NCBI RefSeq assembly: GCF_001194135.2
Contig: NC_068990.1
Location: forward strand, 67,912,089 to 67,976,088
DNA from: Octopus bimaculoides
Lineage: Eukaryota
DNA: 64,000 nt
Direction of reading: 5' to 3'
Shown: positions 40,140 through 54,289 of the stretch, one piece after another
How positions within the stretch are numbered: position 1 is the first letter of the stretch
Layout: every line of letters starts with the position of its first letter
Notes under the pieces: model-generated
The model's input: only the letters and a program-made list of their open reading frames with translations
Database searches by the model: none
Told to the model about the DNA's origin: nothing
Made by a program: the position numbers and the translations under genes

Positions 40140-40575
40140 ATATTTTAGCTGATGTGGCTTTGTGGTATGAAGTTTGATTCCCAGCCACATGGTTTCAGGT
40201 TCATCCCCATTGTGTGGCACCTTGGGCAAGTGATTTCTACTCACAAAACCTCGGAATAGGATTTAGTAGGTGAAAATTGAAAGAGGCCCACCAAGTGTGT
40301 GTGTGCATGTGTGTGTGAGCGTGTGTGCGCATGTGAGTGTGGATGTCCTTGTTTTGACATCACGTGATCACTATAAATGTTTGTCATTGCCATACAAGCA
40401 GTGCCATTCATTTCAAATATCCTGTAAGAGCAATGTCTGGCCATGGAGATATATATTACTTTGCTTGGAAGCGCGGGAGTGTTGGCAACAGAAAAGGCAT
40501 CCAGCTGTAGAAAATCTGCCTCAAATAAACTCTGTCCAACCCTTGCAAGTGTGGAAAAGTGATGTTAAATAATAA
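40140..40575 (+). mobile_element. SINE family B head plus a variant body and tail
   Basis: GATGTGGCTTTGTGGTATGAAGTTTG..GGTTCATCCCCATTGTGTGGCACCTTGGGCAAG, followed by AAAGGCATCCAGCTGTAGAAAATCTGCC. Confidence 0.65.
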
Positions 40576-42376
40576 TGAGAAGGATAATAATGATGTATAG
40601 CATTATAAAACAAACTCAAATAAAATCAAGGATTTTAATGAATTGATGTCATCTCTTTTGAAGAAGAAAACTGAAACTACACAGAATTTCATGGCAGAAA
40701 TTGGAAACAAAATTACAAATTTCTTCAAAATGACTGTGCCACATTGGTCATATGTGTCACAACAAAAGAAGTCATTGTCATCATCATTGTCATCATCATC
40801 CCCCTCTTCCTCCTCATCTCTATTATCACTGTCATTGTCATTATTATCATTTTCATCACTATTATTTTTATGTTCACTTTCCAAACTAGTACGGGCTGGA
40901 TGGATCATCCTGGTCCAAATTATTCATTATTACGTGCTGGTGCTTCTACAGACTGGTGCTTACACCTGTCTTTTGGTTTGGTTTCTATGGTTAGATATCC
41001 TTCCTGCCATTAGCCAATTTATAAAGTGTACTGGATACTTTTTTCATGGCACCAATAATGGAGAAGTTGAATTAAAGAACTTCAGAACCCTATGCCTTCT
41101 TCACGTATCCTATTCTATGCTTTCTTATATCTTTTTAGTCATTAAAAATGGCAACACACTTGACCCTTCACAGGGGCTCTGAAACTTGTGGGAAGCAAAG
41201 TGGAATGAAGGTATCCTTAAACTGAAGACGTAATCTGGATGCATGCATTGAAGTGGATTCTGCTTAAGGCACAAATGGTGCTACATGGTGTTGTTAAAAT
41301 AAGGGATGGATTTAATTTACCAACATGCATGCTGTAGAAGGATTTGAGCTGGAACAAATTTCACAAGACTTTGTTACATTCTTACATTTCTATGGTTTGA
41401 TACCCCTCCTAATGCCCCTTAGTGATACTTGCCTTATCAAGCACAAAGAGATGAATGGCAAAGCTAAACTCAATAGGATTGGAACTCAGAGTACCTAGTA
41501 TCAGAAGAAACATTGCAAGGTATTTTATCCAATGCTCTGTCAATCAGGCATTAGTTATATACTTATAAAAATGATTGGTGCATCAAATGGAATATATTGA
41601 AAGAAAAGATGATTCACTATAGAGTTGATTGCTTAAATGAAAAGACAATTTGAGCTCACACTGGTGTGGATAAATTTATACATAATTTTACTGAAATGAA
41701 AAGCAGCATGACAGTTTTAAAATGTGTTCATGCACTCTGTGTCAATTAAACATAAGATTGTAACAAAATTAATCCTGGAGATAATATTTTAACTTTAAAT
41801 GTTTATCTGAGAGTTTATGTGTTTTAATTGTAGTAGTTTCAGTCGGTGTTTTAATCATCAATAAAATAACCAAGAGATAACATTTATTTTAAAAGCTATA
41901 ACATATAGATACAGTAGAGATTTCATTAAACAAGTTGGCGCTATGTATCATTAAACTGACATTATTTTTCGAGTGTACAGTTTATTTTCCTTACACAACT
42001 ATACATATAAATTTTATCAACCGCACATAAAACTTAAATGTTATATATTATAAATCCTTCTACATACATATATATATCATCATTGGTATCAACATCATTT
42101 TAACATTCACTTTTCCATGCAGGTTTAGGTCACATGGATGAAATTTGTTAAAGAAGCCTATTCTGTGGCTAACACTCATTTCAATCTCAGTAAAATTATA
42201 CCTCTTCATGACCAGACATGTTTTCATGAAAGACTGAAAATAAATCACATCCCTTTTATGATAGTGATACGAGTTTATAACTATCATACAATGCCAACAC
42301 AAGGAGATATAAACCATCAATAGCTATGCATATTACACATATATCATACACATTCATATTACATAAATTACATATG

Positions 42377-42449
<73 letters not shown>

Positions 42450-42452
<3 letters not shown>

Positions 42453-42880
42453 ATGGAGACAGCTGCATAAAAAAGTACTGATCTCTAAGTATGGAGGGAA
42501 CCTGTGGAAGAGGTAGACCCAGGAAGACATGGGACAAGGTGGAGAAATATGATCTTTTGATACTGAGTCTCACAGACACAATAACATGTGACTGAAGCTT
42601 TTGACAATTTGCTGTGCTTGCAAAGACACATCAAGCTAATGAAATTATAGTCATGACCAGTGCTGGTAGCATGTAGTAGTTACTGGTGCCAATGACATGT
42701 AAAAGGGACTCAGTACATTCTGTGGTGTGGTTGGCATTAGGAAGGGTATCAAACCATAGAAACCAAAGCAAAACAGACTGGAGCTTGGTGCAACTCTCCA
42801 GCTTACCAATTCTACTCCAACTGTCTAATCCAAGCCTATATGGAAAACAGACACTAAATGATGATGATGATGATGATATA
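42450..42880 (+). mobile_element. RTE LINE 3' end (ORF C-terminus plus tail)
   Basis: MDGDSCIKKY*SLSMEGTCGRGRPRKTWDKVEKYDL, then the tail ending AAATGATGATGATG. Confidence 0.8.
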
Positions 42881-43355
42881 ATACATATGTATCTGTTAAG
42901 CATAAATCTTTGTAAACATGTGAAATACCAACTACTCCACCATCATGAAATATAGAAACATCTATATATTATTCATCTGTAAAGTTAAGCCATGTTGTTT
43001 TACATAACTTATCAATTATTTATTTATGTCACATCAGACATTGGAAATAATTTCTAATGTGTTGATTTATCTCCACTGTATTTTCATTATTTTACACAAA
43101 ATTCTAAGATAAATAGGGAAACCAAAGCTGGATTTCAAAATGACAAACTTGTGATGACCTACTAGAGTTTTGTTAATTGATGCAGACAAAATTTAAAACC
43201 AATTATAATGATTGTCTAATAAGAAATTTTTAATGAGTTAAGGTCAATAACCTCAATGGACCAGAGCCATAAATTTAGATGAATGCTATATGTAAAATAT
43301 TCTGAAGTACCACAAAAATCCATTTATAAAACATTACTATATATAATACATGTTA

Positions 43356-43435
<80 letters not shown>

Positions 43436-43442
<7 letters not shown>

Positions 43443-43730
43443 GCACTCCGTCACTTACAACGTCGAGGGTTCCAGTTGATCCAATCAATGTAACAGCCTG
43501 CTCGTGAAATTAACGTGCAAGTGGCTGAACACTCCACAGACACGTGTACCCTTAACGTAGTTCGCGGAGATATTCAGCGTGACACAGTGTGACAAAGCTG
43601 ACCCTTTGAATTACAGGTACAACAGAAACAGGAAGTAAGTGTGAGAGAAAGCTGTGGTGAAAGAGTACAGCAGGATTCACCACCATACCCTGCCGGAGCC
43701 TCGTGGAGCTTTTAGGTGTTTTCGCTCAAT
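43436..43730 (-). mobile_element. 3' body of a young tRNA SINE (family E), flanked by (TA)n
   Basis: CpG-rich and little decayed. Minus strand begins ATTGAGCGAAAACACCTAAAAGCTCCACGAGGCTCCGGCAGGG and ends GGAGTGCCAACAAC(AT)n. Confidence 0.7.
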
Positions 43731-43750
43731 ATATATATATATATATATAT

Positions 43751-44126
43751 ATAAGTTGAAATATATCACAAACATATTTCAACTAACCTAAAGTTCATTT
43801 ATGCCTAAACACTGCTCAGTGCTGATACTGCTGTAATTTCCCCTGACGTGGCACTCTAATAGCACAACTCAATCAATGTTGTCGGTTGTGTTTTTGCTAA
43901 AGCTATAGCTTTAAATCTGCCCAAAGTTACCTCTCTTCAGTATTTCCCATTGATAACAGCTAAAAAGCTAGAAGAAACGCTGCATCTGGGAATCCAGCAG
44001 GGGGCAACACTAGGCAGATATGGTGTTTTTTAGTACCTTTTATCGTAAGAGAGAATTATTTCTCCATAACTACAATAAATTTGCCTTTATAAGTTGAAAT
44101 ATGTCACATACATATTTTAACTAACC
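43751..44126. repeat. 376-bp unit bracketed by 38-bp direct repeats that are themselves hairpins
   Basis: 43751-43788 versus 44089-44126, 35/38 identical. Each contains AGTTGAAATAT-loop-ATATTTCAACT (11-bp stem). Confidence 0.8.
43994..44006 (+). promoter_or_regulatory. CTCF-like core motif
   Basis: CCAGCAGGGGGCA closely matches the CTCF core CC(A/G)(C/G)(C/T)AG(A/G)(G/T)GGC; motif match only. Confidence 0.3.
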
Positions 44127-45102
44127 TCTGTGTGCGTGTGTAAATACGCATCACCAACATCATAGTTTTTAACATCCACATTCCCCTGTTTGCATGGGGC
44201 AGACAGAATATGTTGAGTCAGATTTTCTTTGGCAGCTGAATGCCCTTCTTATCACCAATCCTCACTTTTTCCAAACAAGGCAATATATTCCCATGACCAC
44301 ATATGTTTCCCATGGAATACTGCAAGTGAACAACTCCTCTTTTTACAACTTTCATGCGATGCAAAGACGAGGTATGCACACACAAACGGAAAGTCTGTTC
44401 TTTGTTTGCCACAATGTAATACTGGTATTTATGGGACCAAGACTGTACTGGGGAACTGCCTTGAAGTGGTTTAGTTGTTCAAATTGACCCTAATATTTAT
44501 TTTATGTTAGGTTCTTATTTCATCGATATCATTTTGCTGAACTGCAAAATCATAGGGGCACAACCAAATGAACATTGAAAGAGTAAGAAAGACACCAAAA
44601 GTACACAATTCACATATAACAGGCTTCCACACAGTATTCAACCACCAAATTCGCTCACAAGATATAGGTAAGACTAAGGCTAGAGTAGATGTTTACCCAA
44701 GGTTCTGTACTTGGGGATTGAACCTGAAACCATGTGCCTGCATAGTGAACATCTTAATCATAGAGCCATACTCCAAGCTTAATACACAGACATGTAAATA
44801 AGAATATGAGGTGCATATAATTTGTGTATGCTTTTGTATAAGGATATGCATATATGTGAATAAGGTCATGGTTAAGTATGTATATATGAATATAGGCAGG
44901 TAGGTATATATCAATGGATCTGTGAGTACATGCACACACACACACACACACACACACAAATGCATGCACATATACTTACACACACAAAAAAGAAAATAGA
45001 AAAGATTCAGAGAAAGCAATTTGATCTGAGGATAAATTTTCCAAACACTTGAGAAAAAATTTCTAAATAGCTAAATGTTCTTATATCAGTTTGATTTCAT
45101 GC

Positions 45103-45135
<33 letters not shown>

Positions 45136-45607
45136 TTTGTGTGTATATATATATATATAGATATAGATATATATGTATATATACACACACGACACACACA
45201 CAAACTGATAATGCACACACACATATCAATGTATATATATATATGTGCATGCATATATGAATTGGTTCCACATGACTGCATTTGTGAATTTGCTTGTTTC
45301 TTCTAGATGTTTATAATGTTTACACAAGAGTACTTCTGTGTCGTATGGTTATTTTGTTTACATACAAGTATGTGTGTGTGTGTGTGCATATGCATGTATG
45401 TATGTGGTTATGCCTGTGAATGTGTAAAAATATTCTATTCTTGCTTACTTTCTTCCCATCGGTTCTATGTCAACAGAAGTTTTAGAAAATGAATTAGAAA
45501 ATGCAGCCATTTGTATAAAACATACATATAAAGGAGCTGTTATGCAAACAAAAAAACAAGCTGAAGATATATATATATATACACTCATAAACATATCTAT
45601 CTATCTA

Positions 45608-45663
<56 letters not shown>

Positions 45664-45837
45664 CACACACATAAGCATATATATCTATGTATATATATAT
45701 ATATACACACACACATAAACATATATATGTGTGTGAGTATATATATATGTATATACCCATACAAGTATGCATGTGTGTGTATGTGTATGTTAAATCACAC
45801 AAATACACATACTGTCCAATGATATGTTTCTATTGAT

Positions 45838-45903
<66 letters not shown>

Positions 45904-45905
<2 letters not shown>

Positions 45906-46134
45906 TGGAGGCGCAATGGCCCAGTGGTTAGGGCAGCGGACTCGCGGTCATAGGATCGTGGTTTTGATTCCCAGACAGGGCGTTGTGAGTGTTTATTATA
46001 CTCCACATTAGTTCTGCAGGAATATAAATAAAACATAAAAAACAGACAGTGTTGGAACTCTTTTAAGCAAAATAATATATTCCTCTATATACAATCATAC
46101 AAAAAACCCCACCTTTTTTGTATTTATTTTTACT

Positions 46135-46137
<3 letters not shown>
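45904..46137 (+). mobile_element. Chimera: tRNA SINE E head (45904-45997) fused to the 3' end of a Penelope-like repeat (45998-46137)
   Basis: A-box TGGCCCAGTGG and B-box GGTTTTGATTCC. 45998-46137 is about 96% identical to the reverse complement of 55320-55458. Flanked by (TA)n. Confidence 0.75.
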
Positions 46138-46174
<37 letters not shown>

Positions 46175-46749
46175 GTACTTCTATATAAGCTATACACATG
46201 CGTGGCCACTTTTATGAAGGTATTAGTGATTATTAATACAACTATCTTTGCTTGACTAAGTGATAGGGAAGAGTTATTTTAATGAAATGTATTTATCTAT
46301 GGCTTTTTATTGCCTTTAAGCATCTCTATGCAGCAAATAAATGCATGCTGTGTCGTGTGTGTGCATGTATGCATTGATAGGTAGATAGATAGATAAACAG
46401 ACAGATGGAAAGGTAGATATGTTGGCAGCTAGATAGGTAGATAGTCAGGTATATATGCATGTACATGTGTGATTCTTAAATTTTTCCATGTTCACATATA
46501 ATAAAATTATAACAAGCTATTAAACTATTCAATGAAGTTAGAAGAGACTTTTTATGTGTCCTGTTTTGTGAACTTCAATGCGTGTGTGTGGTGTGTGTGT
46601 GTGTGTAATACATACATATACAGTAACCAAATTTCTAGTGAGAGTTATCTGCTGTATTTGTTTTTATTAAATTAAAATGGTGGAATAAGTGCAGAGAACT
46701 AATTCTTCTACTATCATGGTTCTGAGTTCAAATGCAGCATAAATCAAGT

Positions 46750-47140
46750 ACACAAGTGTGGCTGTGTGGCAAGATGTTTGCTTCTCAACCACATGGTTCT
46801 GGGTTTAGTTCCACTGCATGGCACTTTGGGCAAGTATCTCCTACTATAAGCCTTGAGGTGATGAAAGACTCATGAATGGACTTGCTAGAGGGAAACTGAA
46901 AGATGCCTGTTATATGTATGCGGGAGGTATGTGTTTGTTACCCACCACTACTTGACAGCCAGTGTTGGTGCGTTTTCATCTCTGTAACTTAGAAGTTTGG
47001 CAAAAAGATACTGACAGAATAAGTACCAGGCTTAAAATACAAATAAGGACCAGGGGCGATTTTTTCAACTAAAGTTCTTCAAGGCAATGCCCCAGCATGG
47101 CCGCAGTCTTATGACTGAAACAAGTAAAAGATAAGAGATG
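46750..47140 (+). mobile_element. Near full-length SINE family B
   Basis: GTGTGGCTGTGTGGCAAGATG head through GACTGAAACAAGTAAAAGATAAGAG tail. Confidence 0.85.
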
Positions 47141-47515
47141 TATCTTTGATTCTCTATGTATATTATTTGTTGGTGCTTGTACATCATAAGGAATTTTCTA
47201 TCTCAGTCCATAAATTTACACTTGGCAACAATAAGTGATGGTCAATAGTATAGGATTTAGTGTGTTCAGTCATAAGGCTGTGAGTTCAATAGATAGATTA
47301 GGTAGTGCATTGTATCCTTAAGCAAAGATATCTTCCATGTTGCTCTAGTCAGCCAACCAGTAAATGAATGCCAGCAAAATGCTGGTGCATCTCTCACGCT
47401 TTCTCTCTCTCCCTATTCATTCATCATATTCTTGATATTCAGCTGGGTCAAGAGTATAGTGTCCAAAAGGATGCTCATATCTGCTCACCATGACATAAGT
47501 ATTTAAAACAATTAG

Positions 47516-47551
<36 letters not shown>

Positions 47552-47559
47552 TATATATT

Positions 47560-48030
47560 AGGTCATCCCATATAGATAATGCTGATTTTTCAATTGCATG
47601 TACTAAAAGTTGGAGGGGACAGAATGAACTACCTGCATCAACTTGCTATAAAAGCAGGTAGTAATTATTCTTAGTGTTAGTTTTGAAGAGTGCAGGTCGA
47701 TTTTAACAGTTATTTTTCCAAAGCTTATATCATTAGCATGGAGACAAATACCCAGAACCTCCAGCGCTGAGATCATCAGATCACATGATTTTGAACTTCC
47801 TTGATCTTATCAAAATGATGGATGCTCAACCACTAGAGATAGCAGTGACTCATTTGCCTGCCAGCGATATATAGAAAATCAATGTCAAGACAGGCACTGG
47901 TGTTGCAATTATTGTTCCATTATTGGAGGGATTAACAAAAAAAAGTATTCCATCTAGTGAGAAATAAATGTCATTTAATGCACACAGGGTTTAAATTGAA
48001 GATATTACTAGTTTCATGTATCTGAATACA
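47560..48030. mobile_element. Mariner/Tc1-derived non-autonomous fragment
   Basis: Begins (TA)n-GGTCATCCCATATAGATAATG, similar to the TIR of the 7.4-kb mariner; no ORF. Confidence 0.45.
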
Positions 48031-49306
48031 ATGGTTAGACAAGCTTGTATAGCATGCTGCATAATTCCAAGTGATAATTCAGACTAAAAGAGGCATGAAA
48101 CTAATAGTAGCTCAAATTTAAACCTTATGTGTATTAAATGATATATATATATACATACATGTGTGTGTGTACACGCACAGACACAATTATGTGGTTCAGT
48201 CCCACTGTATGTCACATTGTCTTACTATTCTAGCCTTGGGCTGATCAGTTCTTTGTGAGTGCAAATGGTAAACAGAAACAGAAAAATTTGGTATTATATA
48301 ATATGTGTGTGTGTGTTTGTGTTTGTATATTTGAGAGTGTGTGCTAGTATGTTTTTGAATTCGTGTGTATGTGTGTGCTTGGGATGAACGTTTTTCAGAG
48401 TTTTTAATCTAATCATCAGTTGAATGTTTTTGTTATATCATATGGTGAAATTAAATATTTTTAATGTATGTTGCTGTCATACTTCAAGATAAGGAAACCT
48501 GTTCAGAAACATCAGCTGTCTCAGAAAATGCTTCTTAAGTAACAAAAGTGTGCATGTGTGTGTGTTTTGCTTTGGAGTGAAAATCTTGGAGATTCTCAAT
48601 CTGATCATCAGTGAGGTGTTATGGGAACATTTAACTATCTTTTATTCATGACACTGTCATACTTCTAAGTTATGAAAGTATGTTTAAAAATTTCACCTAT
48701 CAGAGGGAAGGCTTCATAAGTAATGTATGCACATGCATGTGTGTATGTGTGTGTGTGTGTGTGCATGTGCGCACGCACACATGTATGCATGCCAGTGTGT
48801 TTGTGTGTATGCATTCCTGTGTGTGAATGTCTGTTTTATGAACACCAAATATAAAACAAAAGAAAATATTTTAAAATTCTTCAGAGGTCAGTTACTGCAA
48901 AAATTCAATGAAAAGACTGATTTGTGCTGCTGAAAGTACAGAAATGTATTTAATTGTACAGTTTTCAAGGGAGGTGAGAAATATTTATGATCTACATTAT
49001 GGAAGAAAATATGATAAAAATCTTATCCTACCCTCTTATAAATAATTTCAAAACTACTCTGCTTGATACCTTACAACCCCTGACCACCTTCCCAATGAAA
49101 TCAGAACATATTAACCCAGTTTAATACCTCTATTACACCCTAAGCAGACTAAGTCTGTCCACCATACCACCAAATCCATGAATCAGTTTACAGTGCCAGA
49201 TTTATTCGCATAATATCTTGACTGTTTTTATGTAAACAACCAGAATAAAACTGCGCAGATAAATTTCCTTCAGAAAATAACTTGTTACATAAACAGGAAA
49301 GACTAA

Positions 49307-49537
49307 CCCTTTTAACACTGGCCTTGATGCAAACTTCCTGTTTTAGAGTAATTTAATCCTTTTGATATCAACCCACCTGAGACTGTCACTGGTCCTATGA
49401 CACAAATGCTTTATTTAAAAGTGGCCTAAATCAAAACCTTCCATCAATCTCATGTTATGTTCCAAATGCCTTCTTAATAATAACGAAGTTATTAAATTTG
49501 TTCGTTAATTTTCAAAATTAATTGTGTGTTTCAGGGG
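49307..49537. mobile_element. piggyBac-like MITE
   Basis: Ends CCCT.../...GGGG flanked by CTAA and TTAA (TTAA-type TSD, one side mutated). Confidence 0.4.
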
Positions 49538-50922
49538 TTAATAAACTTCTGAAACAACACACATTGGTGTGATGGTATGCATGTTATGAGTACCTTTCAG
49601 TCAGTTGAATATAAGTATCTGATTATTAGCCTTGAGACAGAATTAGCACACGCACTGGCAGTAATCTTATACATTTGCATCTTTTTGTATGCCTATATTT
49701 ACATGTGTCATATCTTTATATATATGCATATGTTTATTTACTTGCATATGTTTATACATGCATATATGTTTCTATATGTGCATATGTTTATTATGTGTCT
49801 GATGTATATATTATAATATAAGGTTAACCAGTTCAATCTTCTATTTCTTTTGAAAGTCAGATGAATTGAAATAAATAAATAAATAATTTCATCAAAATGA
49901 ATTGTTGTTTTGTATATTCAGATTTATAGATTGATTTTCTTACTCTCCCCATTCATATGTGTGTGTATGTGTATATATATATACACATATATATATATAT
50001 ATATCACATGCATTCACATACATATATACACACATACACATTGAAAATATATTTCCTTCTTTCATTCTCTTTATATCATTTTGCTGATTTTTTTCATATA
50101 TTTTTTTTGCAAGATAATGTAAAAAAGAAATGAAAGAAAAAGAAATACAACTGACAGAGTTTTTACAGGTCAAAAGTTTGTTTCTTTTCTCATTTCTATA
50201 CTTCAATTATCTACCAAATTTTACAATATAAATCTCGCAAGATGAAGGCTAAACAAGGAACCTTGATAGAAAATAAAATAAAGAATAAATGAGTCATTTC
50301 ATTTATCATATCAGTCATAATTTTCTAGTTGTTAAGAATTTTCCTTCATTAAGTCTAATAAAGTTATTTATGACATTGAATTTTCAGATCCTGTACTGAG
50401 ACAACTAATATCAGAATAAAATTCTGTCAGAATTGCTGCCAGCATTTATATACTGATAATATGCGCACCAAGAATTATCTTGACAAAAATTTGTCACTGT
50501 GTTTCTTCTTTCCCTAACCATTTTTAACTGAAGCTAACTATCTAAAATAAGATAAAACATCAGGATAAATTCACTGCACTAAATCCACTGGCTTTTCTGA
50601 AGAAGTTATAGTAATAATTCACTTGATCTGAGCCTGTTTTATTAAACCCTACTTGAACAAACAAAACAAGAATACTGTTGCAAAGTATTTAATCTTTGTT
50701 CCAATAACAATACAAACATCATTAACTTTCAATAAATTTATCAAGATATTAGTCTTAGTACTGTATTCATTTTTTATATTTATGATTTGAAATCAGAAAT
50801 TGTATATATTTAGTGTAGAATCTGTAAGGTGTAGTCAAGTTTTAGTAACTTCTCTAACATGAACAGTATCTACAGGTGTGCGTATCTACATCTCTCTCTA
50901 TATATATGTGTGTGTGTGTGTA

Positions 50923-50996
<74 letters not shown>

Positions 50997-53239
50997 TGTG
51001 TGTATATATGTATGCATGTTTATATATATATGTTTGCTATCCAATGTACTCTCCTACCCACAATCTCCCACTTTCCTTTCACATAGTTGTGAACCTACCT
51101 GCACAAAATGTGCACCAGTTGAATTTCTTCCCCACAACATATCCTCCTAACACTACAACCCTCAATTTGTGTCCACACACTACATTCCCTCCTTTGCTCC
51201 TCTCACTCTTCTATCACAATCTCATTAACTTACCCATCCACTCACCCATCTAATCTTTAGCTCCATTTATATACACCACCCTGTAACTTAAATGTATCCC
51301 TTGTCACATCTTCACTATGATCTCTTACCCCCCCTCTCTCCCATACTAAGATGGCCATGTACCTTCTTTAGTGCAAGACACCTATTGTTGTCCCTCTAGC
51401 CTCCCTCTCTTCAACTGCAAGAAACTACCTCCCTTGATCACTCACATAATTGGGGAGGTGGAACATAGGGCATGGTCCACTTCAGGTGGCACTTTTATGG
51501 GGCAGGCAGCAATTTTGAATCTGCTGTAGGCAATATGAATTTTTGTTCGGTTTTGGGAATGGCAAACTGAAGGGCCATCCTGAGTAGCACACACTCTAGC
51601 TATGCTAGTGCCCTTGATATTCCTACCCAATTTCAGTTGAGGCATTTTGTCTTGTAAATTTTTTGGTGCCCTCACTTCTGCTAGTTCCGCATAAAAAGCA
51701 CACTATAAAGTGATCAGCACTAGGAAGAGCTTTCAGCCAGAAACCATGCCAAAGCAAACAATAGGGTGTGGTGCAATCTGAATTGCCAGCTTCTATCAAA
51801 CTGTCCAACCCATGCCAGCATGGAAAACAGATGTTTATGATGGTAATATGTACAGTATGATAACTGCAAGTAAGTCAAAACTCCAAAGCTAGTGTCAGTC
51901 TTTTCTTTGTAAGAGTTTAATAAATATGTAGTCTATCTAAAGTACTGAGCAATCTTTCAGTTTAAGACTGAATATTTTTATATATAAATTTACTTGAGAA
52001 TGAACATTTATATACACACGGACATATGTATATTCTGGTGTTCATGTTTATGTGCACATGTGTGTATATATGTCAGCATCATCCTCCTCATTTAAAATCC
52101 ATTTTTCCATGCTGCCACACTGCTTTTTTTCCATGGTGGCATGGGTTAGCCAAGTACACTTGTATGCGTTTCTCAATGTATGTGAGCATAAGTGACCGAG
52201 TTAGACAAATGCAGAAACAGAATGTCGTCTACATGATATTATTTAATATGAGACAAAATTATAGGAACAAATAATTAAGTAAAAGCATTACCACAAAATA
52301 AACCAAAAATCTCTGAAACACACAGACATAAAAAAAACAGTTTGAATAAGGAAACAACATTACTGAAATGTATTATATTGTTTCATTAATTAAATAATTT
52401 GTTGTAAACAAAACATAAATAACATGATACACACACACATATATATATACAGCCAAGCCCATACACACACACATATATATATACAGCCAAGCCCATACAC
52501 ACACATGGGATGGACCCACAAAAATCCCCACAAAATCCAATGACGAAGTTCATTGATTTAAAACATTAGAACAATAAAATGTGCAATATTTATTAGAATA
52601 ACCATATAATAATTTATTTTATTTGGTATTTCACTATTTTTGTTTTTCAAAATAGTTTATAGACCTCCTGGTTACAGCGAATTTAATTTACCAGTGTTCT
52701 GACTCTAGAAAAGAGAAGGCATTCCAATCTACCTTGCTGTAATCATTAAAAGCAAAGCCAACTTTAAATGAAATCGAACAATAAATTTGCATAGGCATTG
52801 GAAATTGAAACTCCTTTGGTAATAACGTGTGTGTGTGTGTGTGTGTGTGNNNNNNNNNNNNNNNNNNNNNNNNNNNNNNNNNNNNNNNNNNNNNNNNNNN
52901 NNNNNNNNNNNNNNNNNNNNNNNNNNNNNNNNNNNNNNNNNNNNNNNNNATATATATATATATATATATATACATAACTTATATGTATATATATATGCAC
53001 ACACATATATCTAGATCTATACACATATATACGTGTATGTATATACACTTGTGGTTGGATGTGTGTGTGTGTATATATATACATCCTAGCTAGGATGGAA
53101 TACTGACATTAAACAATGAGGATGATGATAATATGCATAATTCATATATACACATACATGTATATAAACATATACAGACACACAAGCACATACATGTGCA
53201 TATGTGTGTATGTATGTGTGTATGAACCTCTATGCATAT

Positions 53240-53276
<37 letters not shown>

Positions 53277-54289
53277 TTTATCATTTAATGCCTGTCATTT
53301 GTGCTGTCATGGGTTAGATGTTTTGACATGATCCATTGAGTCACAGAAGTGTGTTGAGCTCTACTTCCTTCTATAGCAGGGTCACTCTAGCTGGCTGCCC
53401 TTCTTAATATCAGCCAGTTCACTGAGTGTACTAGGTGCTTTATAAGTGTCACTGGTGCTAGTGAGATTACCAAATGTCTCACACAACAAAACAAAATCTC
53501 TTCCAACTGAATGGAGTTGTTACAGAAAGCGAGGTAGCTTTATGCCATATGTTGTGATGCTCATGGATTCCACAGATCCAGTTGACTTATATTATCAAGA
53601 GATGAATATTGAGTGCATGAGTACAAGTTCTGAATATGCAGTGAAGTTGGATTTGTTAGACACTACATATAGTTTGTGTGTGCACGAATAGATGTGGAAG
53701 GTTAATTTTGGCATGATGTAGTAATTTTGGTGATTAGTTTGTTGGGTGCCAGTATTTTCACGTTTGTGGAAAATAAAGACGAGTCAATAGCATCATCATT
53801 TAATGTCTTTTTTCCAAACTAGCATGAGTTGAACAGTTTCACAGGATCTGATGAGCAGGAGGGCTACGCCCAGCTCCAGTGTCTGCTTTAGTATGGTTTC
53901 TATACCTCAATGCACTTATTAATGCCAACCACTTTACAAAGAGGATGGAGTGCTTCATTTCATGGCACCAGCACTAGTGAGGTGACCAAGCAGCCTCCAA
54001 GACAAGATCCCTCAGCTGAGAGGGTGGGGAGTAGTATTGAGAGAGGTAGCTTTGTGCCAGCTGAATAAAGGTTAAAGCATGAAAGAAAGATTGAAAGAAA
54101 TAGGTGTCCTGTACTAAAGGAGATGCATGGCCACCTCAGTAGGAGACGGAGAGAGAGCCCTCATTACTTAGCAATAGCTAACCACCTCTCACTCTCTCAT
54201 ACACTCGTATAACTTCTACCCACTCAAACTTGATGTTTTTGTGTCCCCAGTCCATCTTTTCATCTTCTACCTTAAGGCTCCACCCTTAT

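Noticed and set aside
42120-42240. Minus-strand segment with plausible acceptor and donor sites (SFMKTCLVMKRYNF...)
   Set aside because: Phase 0, no homology; insufficient support.
45904-45985. tRNA genes suggested by A/B boxes here and at 25936-26010
   Set aside because: Acceptor stems do not close and the sequences run into retroposon bodies; these are SINE heads, not tRNA genes.
52430-52502. Short tandem duplication (..ATATACAGCCAAGCCCATACACAC..) x2, not a CRISPR-like array
   Set aside because: Two adjacent units with no unique spacers, inside a dinucleotide tract; ordinary slippage.
52729-52830. Signal-peptide-like stretch KFIVRFHLKLALLLMITAR with an AG|GTAG donor
   Set aside because: No in-frame Met, and the donor is phase 2, incompatible with the phase-1 WAP exon.
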